This document shows positions 58,361 to 64,000 of a stretch of 64,000 nt of DNA, piece after piece. Location: positions 96,001 to 160,000 of the forward strand of contig JBCBZT010000003.1 in assembly GCA_039815185.1 (NCBI GenBank). Reading direction: 5' to 3'. The stretch comes from Cyanobacteria bacterium P01_A01_bin.123. Lineage in GTDB: Bacteria; Cyanobacteriota; Cyanobacteriia; Phormidesmidales; Phormidesmidaceae. The position numbers and the translations under genes were made by a program. The notes under the pieces are model-generated. The model ran no database searches and was not told the origin of the DNA. It saw only the letters and a list, made by a program, of their open reading frames with translations. Each line of letters begins with the position of its first letter. Positions within the stretch are counted from its first letter, which is position 1.

Positions 58361-60049
58361 ATGAAACCTCAAATTATTGTCTGTGGGCTAGGCCGCACGG
58401 GATACCGCATATTTGCTTTGCTGATGCAACAAGGGGCGCAGGTGGTAGGTATTAGTACCGTACCCTTATCGAATGCTCAAGGCAAGATCGTTGTGGGTGA
58501 TATGCGTGCTGCCTCAACCCTTTTGGCTGCGGGCATTATGGAGGCCCACACGTTGGTGCTGGCCAATTCTGACGATGCCTTGAATCTCGGCATTTTGACC
58601 CAGGCCCGGTTGATCAACCCCCACATTCGCATTATCAATCGATTGTTTAATGCTGGTTTGGGCGATCGCCTCGATCGCACCTTACCCCACCACGTCAGTA
58701 TGAGTGTTGCTGCCCTGGCAGCGCCGTTATTTACCTTTGCGGCTTTGGGGAACCGGGCCATTGGCCAGATTTCTTTATTTGAGGGTACCTGGCCTATCCA
58801 CGAGGAATTAATTGACGAGCAGCATCCCTGGTGTGGGCTGATGCTCAAATCGCTTTGGGAAAATCGGACACGCATGTTGATCTATTACTTGCCTGTAGAT
58901 CGGCAGATGGATTTGGTTTCGGCAGTGACCCATGAGGTTAGGCTGGCGACAGGCGATCGCGTGATCGTGGCCACTAAGCCCAGCGTGCAGCGATCGCGGC
59001 GATTTTGGCGAAAACAGTGGCAAATGCTGTTGTCTAGTCTGTCCCAGTTTCGGCGCAAGAGTCGCAGTGGCCTATTAGTTTTGCTGGCTTTGTTTTCGAC
59101 GATTGCGGTGGCTAGCATTACCTACATCAGTCTGGAGATGAACACGTCATTTGTGGATGCCCTATATTTCTCTGTGGGCATGATCACCGGGGCGGGCGGC
59201 ATGGAGCAAGTGGCTGAGCAGTCCCCTAGTCTGGTGAAACTATTTACTGCGATTATGATGCTGGTTGGAGCGGGGGTGATTGGCATTTGCTATGCCCTAC
59301 TCAACGACTTTATTTTGGGAACCCACCTACAACAGCTTTGGAATACGGCCCGGCTACCCCAGCGGCAACATTATATTGTTTGCGGTCTGGGGGGAGTAGG
59401 TTATCAAATCGTCAGTCAACTCCACGGCATGGGCTATGACGTGGTGGTGATTGAGCACGACCCCAATGGCCGTTTTCTGCATGCGGTGCGTAGCTTAAAG
59501 GTGCCTGTGATTTTGGGGGATGCGACTGTGGCATCTACGTTAGACATGGCCAATGTCAAAACCGCTGCTGCCTTACTCGCGGTGACCAGTGATGACACGA
59601 TCAACCTCGAAATTGCCCTCAGCAGTAAGGGAATATTCCCTCGTTTGCCTGTGGTGGTGCGGACCCATGATTCGGCGTTTGCGACTCAGGTGCAGCAAGT
59701 GTTTGAGTTTGAGATGGTGATGAGCCCTACGGAGCTAGCGGCTCCGGCTTTTGCGGCAGCGGCGATTGGCGGGCGGATTTTTGGCAACGGCATGATGGCG
59801 AATAGTCTTTGGGTTGCGATCGCGACGCTAATTACCCCTGGCCATCCTTTCTTTGGCAAGACGGTGCAAGCTGTGGCCACAACTTCAGATCTCGTGCCGC
59901 TTTATATTGAATCCGGTGAAACCCAGATCCATGGTTTGGCGCTGCTAGATTATATGCTGAGCAATAACGACGTGCTGTACCTGACGATGCCTGCCAACCG
60001 CCTCGATCAGCTCTGGCGACACACGAGTTCGTCGTTAATTGCGGGGTAA
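58361..60049 (+). CDS. Potassium channel protein with two TrkA-N (RCK) domains
   Basis: 'IIVCGLGRTG' and 'IVCGLGGVG'; pore region 'DALYFSVGMITGAGG'. Confidence 0.88.
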   Translation: MKPQIIVCGLGRTGYRIFALLMQQGAQVVGISTVPLSNAQGKIVVGDMRAASTLLAAGIMEAHTLVLANSDDALNLGILTQARLINPHIRIINRLFNAGLGDRLDRTLPHHVSMSVAALAAPLFTFAALGNRAIGQISLFEGTWPIHEELIDEQHPWCGLMLKSLWENRTRMLIYYLPVDRQMDLVSAVTHEVRLATGDRVIVATKPSVQRSRRFWRKQWQMLLSSLSQFRRKSRSGLLVLLALFSTIAVASITYISLEMNTSFVDALYFSVGMITGAGGMEQVAEQSPSLVKLFTAIMMLVGAGVIGICYALLNDFILGTHLQQLWNTARLPQRQHYIVCGLGGVGYQIVSQLHGMGYDVVVIEHDPNGRFLHAVRSLKVPVILGDATVASTLDMANVKTAAALLAVTSDDTINLEIALSSKGIFPRLPVVVRTHDSAFATQVQQVFEFEMVMSPTELAAPAFAAAAIGGRIFGNGMMANSLWVAIATLITPGHPFFGKTVQAVATTSDLVPLYIESGETQIHGLALLDYMLSNNDVLYLTMPANRLDQLWRHTSSSLIAG

Positions 60050-60075
60050 TTAGGAAACCGCAAGCCCATTGCTTT

Positions 60076-60372
60076 ATGGACATTGAGTATCGTCTGGAGG
60101 ATTTTGAATTTGAGTGGAATGAAAGCAAAGCCCAGACGAACTTTGCGAAACATGGCGTGACCTTTATAGAGGCTGCAGAGGCTTTTCTAGATCCTTTTTA
60201 TGTTGTTGGGGATGCATCAGTAAATAAGGAAGAACGAGAATTTGTGTTGGGATATTCTCTAGCTGAGCGATTGCTGCTGGTTGTTCATATTGAGCGAGGT
60301 GCCAGAATTAGAATAATTTCAGCCCGTCTTGCCACTCGTACTGAGCGGAGGTTGTATGAGCAATATCAATGA
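60076..60372 (+). CDS. brnT: BrnT-family toxin
   Basis: 'FEWNESKAQTNFAKHGVTF', 'EER', 'RIISARLAT..ERRLY'. Confidence 0.9.
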   Translation: MDIEYRLEDFEFEWNESKAQTNFAKHGVTFIEAAEAFLDPFYVVGDASVNKEEREFVLGYSLAERLLLVVHIERGARIRIISARLATRTERRLYEQYQ

Positions 60373-60661
60373 AGATATGGGAGAAAATTTGGAGCTGAGG
60401 ATTCGTCCACGAGAATCTGAAACGGTTTCGATTTCAATCCCGAGAGATACATTGGAATCACTTGAAAAGGTAGCCATCCAACAGGAAATGTCTTTGGCAG
60501 CGCTGCTTAGGTTTTATATTGGCAGATGCTTGCGTCAGGATCTCAGTCAGATGTTCGCCCATCAAGTGCTGGATTCGACTGCGAAGGTTTTAGCTAGACA
60601 TCATCATTCCGAAGCTGAAGTTGCCCAAATCTTGAAAGAAATTCAACTAGAGACCAAATAA
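60356..60661 (+). CDS. Antitoxin partner of BrnT (RHH/CopG-like)
   Basis: Overlaps the brnT 3' end; 'VSISIPRDTLESLEKVA...ALLRFYIG'. Confidence 0.75.
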   Translation: MSNINEDMGENLELRIRPRESETVSISIPRDTLESLEKVAIQQEMSLAALLRFYIGRCLRQDLSQMFAHQVLDSTAKVLARHHHSEAEVAQILKEIQLETK

Positions 60662-60669
60662 GACTCATA

Positions 60670-61002
60670 CTACCCAACAGCAAATTCGGTGAATTGGCGT
60701 TTGAAGGGGGAGTGGAAGGCGAGGACGATGTCGTGTTTGGGGACGCCGTGTTTGACGAGTTCGAGGGCGATGCCGCCTTCGGTGCCGTCGTCGTGTTGAA
60801 TCCAGATTTTGTTGTCTTTGATGTCGAGGTGGAGGACGCAGCCGTAGACGCGGCGTTTGTTTGACCAGCCGACGTAGACAACCTGGTAATGGTCGCGTTG
60901 GGTGTCAAAGATGGCTTCAGCTTCCACATTATTGGCGCGAATATTGCTGTATTCCTCTAGTAGCTTTTGGACGAGCTGACGATACTGATTTACTTCTGCC
61001 AT
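60670..61002 (-). CDS. xisI: XisI-family protein
   Basis: 'IFDTQRDHYQV..VGW...YGCVLHLDIKDNKIWIQHD..TE.GIA..L...GVPK.DIVLAF..PFKRQFTEFAV'. Confidence 0.92.
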   Translation of the reverse strand: MAEVNQYRQLVQKLLEEYSNIRANNVEAEAIFDTQRDHYQVVYVGWSNKRRVYGCVLHLDIKDNKIWIQHDDGTEGGIALELVKHGVPKHDIVLAFHSPFKRQFTEFAVG

Positions 61003-61405
61003 TTTGTAATCACCTCCTCTTATGGATTGTAAACAACTAGGTGGACTTGATGGCGTTGAACCAGTAATCGTGGAAGTTCCAGGGTGAAGAAGTCACGATA
61101 GGTGTCGGCGGGGATAGCAAGATAAAGGAAGCGGTCAGCCCAACTGTTTCCAAAGCGAGTTGATATTTCAAGAATTGTCCTAGAGCAGCATCAAATTCGG
61201 TTGCCGCCGATGAACCAATGAAGCTTTTGACCTCAACGGCAATCTTTTCGTTACCTCGCTCGTCAGCAAAGAGCTGTTCAGCACCGAGATCGATGTACAT
61301 TTCTAAACCACCAAAGCGGAGGAAAAACGGATCGTCAGTAATTGTCCAACCGTCTTTTTTGAGGGCGCGCTTGACAGCATTGTGAAAAATGTCTTTAGCG
61401 ACCAT
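60990..61405 (-). pseudogene. xisH: XisH-family gene with a frameshift and a nonsense codon
   Basis: 'AKDIFHNAVKRALKKDGWTITDDP...IDLGAE...IAVEVKSF' up to LALETV. The typical tail 'DRFLYLAIPADTYRDFF...HLVVYNP*EEVITKWQK*' is in a shifted frame (shift near 61140), with an internal TAA at 61020-61022. Confidence 0.85.
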
Positions 61406-61461
61406 GGTGTTGCTCCGAGATTGCTGCCTACCGTTTTTGCATTTGTTTATATAGATAGCAA

Positions 61462-61593
61462 TCAACCACAAGGTTGAGGAACTTCTGAATATTGGTAGGT
61501 TTTTCCAGAGTTGAAGATGACCAGGAGAGTTTCATTTTCTTCATGGTAGCCAAAGGCTTGAACTATACTGGATTCAACAAGCTACAACTTCAT
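61462..61593 (-). pseudogene. KTSC-domain gene remnant (not called in the ORF track)
   Basis: GAGGAG then ATG 61593: MKL*LVESSIVQAFGYHEENETLLVIFNSGKTYQYSEVPQPCG*. KTSC pattern with a stop at codon 4 and no C-terminal third. Confidence 0.75.
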
Positions 61594-61807
61594 AGGACAA
61601 TGCTCCTCTGCAAAGATATTACGGAGATTTTGGGCTACATTGCGGTTTTGAGTCAAGTAGATTTTGATAAACGGATTTGAAGCAATAGTTGGCGAAGAAG
61701 GCTCTAGTGACGGGGGCGAAAAATGATAGAGTGAGCCCCAATTTAGCTCCGCACATGGTCTAGGTGAATCGGAATGACTAATGGGAGAAGTTTTGCAATA
61801 GCTAGAT

Positions 61808-64000
61808 CTAGCACTCGATTGCACCAAGGGCTTTCAAAGTCTGTTTCTCTGATTCTGCCAAGCCTTTAACGCCCATGATATTCATACCAGCATAAGGTTT
61901 ATTATTAAAAGTCTTTATGCAATTGCCTGACTGAACATCCCAAACCCTTATAGTTTCATCTAAACTGCCACTAACTAGGATTTTGCTGTCATGGCTAAAC
62001 TTAATGCAAGTTACTAAATTAGTGTGTCCCACAAGAGATCTAATACAATCTAAAGTACGAACATTCCAAATTTTGATAACTTTACCTTCACCTCCGCCAG
62101 CTAGATTTAACCCATCATCACTAAATTCGACTGAATACATTTTCGAATTTTCGTAGAAAACTTTAAGGCACTCTCCTGAATAAATATCCCAGATTCTTAC
62201 AGTCTTATCAGCTGCTGCGCTTACCAAGAGATTCCCATCTGGATGAATTGAGATTGACCAAAGCTGACTGTTATGTCCTTTTAAGGTATTGAGACATTTT
62301 CCTGATTGAAAATCCCAAACTTTTATGGTTTTATCTGCACTAGCACTGACCATTAGTTTTTCATGTAAATCAACTGCTATCGCTTGCAGTCTACGTGTAT
62401 GACCTCTCAAAACTCTAAGGCATTCTCCGTTGCTAACATCCAAAATTTTGATTGTGTTATCTTCACCTCCACAAACTATATTTTCCCCATCGGGAGTGAA
62501 TAAAATAGACTGATTCCAGCTAGCATTCACAGGCCAAGTTTTGAGATCTTTACCAGTGTTTAAATCCCAGATTCTTAAGTCTTTACCATACTCTATGCTG
62601 GCTATGAATTTGTTGGTCGGATTAAATCGAACAGCATTTATTGATTTATGATTTCCTTGAAAGGCCTTGAGACTTTTTTCGGTTTCTATGTCCCAGATTG
62701 TGATTGAGGAATCATCACTTCCACTCACCAGCATCTTATTATTTGAGCTGATATCTACTGACATCACATAGCTTGTGTACCCCTCCAGTAAGTCGAGACA
62801 CTTTTGGTTATCTAGGTTCAATAACTTTACTTTTGCGCCTCCAGCAGTTAATAAAAGCTTGGCGTTAGAAGTTTTTGCTATCGAAATAGCTCGTAGCTCA
62901 AAGTCTTCTTGAATAAATTTAAAGCATTGACCAGTATTAACATCCCAGAATCTTATAGTCTGATCATAACCGCTACTGATCAAAAGGTTATCATCAAATC
63001 CTCTTATGACAGACTTCACTCTGCATGTATGCCCTTGAAGAGTTCTGAAACATTCCCCAGTTACAACATCCCAAATTCTTATTGTTTTATCAGCACTACC
63101 ACTAGCCAAAAGCTTGCCATAAAGTAGAAATTCTACTGACAATACTGAATCACTATGTCCATGCAAGGTCTTAAGACATTGTCCCGATTTAATGTCCCAA
63201 AGCTTGACTGAATTATCTGCACTACCACTAGCTAAAATACTGCTATGTGAATCGAATGATACAGATAAAACAGGATCATTATGTCCACTTAAATTCTCAA
63301 GGCATTTCTCGGATTTAATGTCCCAGAGCTTTACTAAATTATCTGTACTACCACTAGCTAAGAGTTTTTCATTTCTATGTATTGCTACGGACTGGACATA
63401 ATCAGTATGTCCCTTGAGAAGGCCAATACATGTTCCGGTTTCAATATTCCAAACTCTTATACTTTGATCATGACTACCAGTAGTGAGTATTTTCCCACTA
63501 GTGCTGAAAGCTACTGTTTGGACTGAGTCAGTGTGTCCTTGCAAAATTAAAGACTGCTTGATTTTTCTGCTATCAGTAATTTGGCAAAGCTGAATATTTC
63601 CATTTGTTTCACCAAGGGCTAGAAAATTCCCATTAGGACTGAGGTCTGCCGTATAAATACCTCCTATAGTTTTCGGCAGAATGAGATGACTCAGCCAAGC
63701 ATCAGAAAGATTTGTTCGTCGAAGCTTAGCAGTTGTTAGATCAGCTCCTACAATTCTACTTTTACTAAGATCAATGTTTTCTAGGGCTGATGGATTTAAT
63801 TTTAGCAATAAAGTCATTGCATTGCCGCCAATATATTCTTTTGCCGCGCTTGGAAAATTCCGAGTTTCTAAAATAATTCCAAGTAGCTTATTACGCATTT
63901 CCTCGCTGTTAGATAACATCGGTAAAATCAAATCAATTACTGACTTTGTTAATTGTATTTTTCCAAAATCAGATAGTGATGTAACTGGTGGTTTCTCCTT
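61808..64000 (-). CDS. C-terminal part of a pentapeptide + WD40-repeat protein (typical tail of cyanobacterial NACHT/NB-ARC-WD40 proteins); 5' end lies outside the window
   Basis: Many GH...WD repeats, 'GGNAMTLL', terminal 'PYAGMNIMGVKGL...TLKALGA'. The frame stays open from 63931 to 64000. AT-rich. Confidence 0.88.
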   Translation of the reverse strand, partial: KEKPPVTSLSDFGKIQLTKSVIDLILPMLSNSEEMRNKLLGIILETRNFPSAAKEYIGGNAMTLLLKLNPSALENIDLSKSRIVGADLTTAKLRRTNLSDAWLSHLILPKTIGGIYTADLSPNGNFLALGETNGNIQLCQITDSRKIKQSLILQGHTDSVQTVAFSTSGKILTTGSHDQSIRVWNIETGTCIGLLKGHTDYVQSVAIHRNEKLLASGSTDNLVKLWDIKSEKCLENLSGHNDPVLSVSFDSHSSILASGSADNSVKLWDIKSGQCLKTLHGHSDSVLSVEFLLYGKLLASGSADKTIRIWDVVTGECFRTLQGHTCRVKSVIRGFDDNLLISSGYDQTIRFWDVNTGQCFKFIQEDFELRAISIAKTSNAKLLLTAGGAKVKLLNLDNQKCLDLLEGYTSYVMSVDISSNNKMLVSGSDDSSITIWDIETEKSLKAFQGNHKSINAVRFNPTNKFIASIEYGKDLRIWDLNTGKDLKTWPVNASWNQSILFTPDGENIVCGGEDNTIKILDVSNGECLRVLRGHTRRLQAIAVDLHEKLMVSASADKTIKVWDFQSGKCLNTLKGHNSQLWSISIHPDGNLLVSAAADKTVRIWDIYSGECLKVFYENSKMYSVEFSDDGLNLAGGGEGKVIKIWNVRTLDCIRSLVGHTNLVTCIKFSHDSKILVSGSLDETIRVWDVQSGNCIKTFNNKPYAGMNIMGVKGLAESEKQTLKALGAIEC

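Larger units (their letters stand above)
1482..59823. repeat. HIP1 octamer GCGATCGC dispersed through the core genes
   Basis: Examples at 1482 and 3897, with dense clusters at ~45440-45720 and ~57540-57640. None noticed in 8340-13600 or 60060-64000. Confidence 0.9.

Noticed and set aside
60670..61405. xisHI as evidence of an fdxN-type excision element
   Set aside because: No xisF recombinase or interrupted nif/fdxN gene in the window, and xisH is broken.
424..63401. Many short ORFs overlapping longer genes on the opposite strand or in alternative frames
   Set aside because: They are shadows of well-supported genes and carry no recognisable motifs.
1..64000. CRISPR array, tRNA, rRNA, transposase or integrase
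   Set aside because: No regularly spaced 25-40 bp repeats, cloverleaf or rRNA-like sequence, or DDE/tyrosine/serine recombinase motifs were seen by eye. A tRNAscan/Infernal run would be needed to be certain.

Overview
A 64-kb chromosomal window from a cyanobacterium. HIP1 (GCGATCGC) is dense, and petM, ndhM, ycf39 and rbp-rpsU are present; the gene set suggests a filamentous Leptolyngbya/Nodosilinea-like organism, but that is inference. Most of it is core genes: purB, lepA, tyrA, xseAB, pdxA, hemC, cell-wall hydrolases, HAD hydrolases, a GAF histidine kinase and a K+ channel. There is also a probable type-2 McdA/McdB carboxysome-positioning pair. Two AT-rich accessory islands show no HIP1 site by eye. 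The first (~8.35-13.6 kb) is a 1356-aa STAND/NACHT-type NTPase with no N-terminal effector and a C-terminal membrane helix, flanked by two frameshifted vapC genes and an intact antitoxin. The second (~60.1-64 kb) holds brnT plus partner, xisI, a doubly broken xisH, a broken KTSC gene and a WD40 protein that runs off the window. The best candidates for under-described systems are (a) an orphan RnfD/NqrB-like membrane protein with two secreted Cys-motif DUF2330 paralogs, (b) the STAND island, (c) a PP2C / CHAT-FHA module and (d) a candidate ~65-nt sRNA downstream of lepA. Features missing from the ORF track were recovered by hand: petM, both vapC pseudogenes, the KTSC remnant and a truncated membrane-protein remnant. 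No rRNA, tRNA, CRISPR array or transposase was seen. Family calls come from recognised motifs, not database searches.
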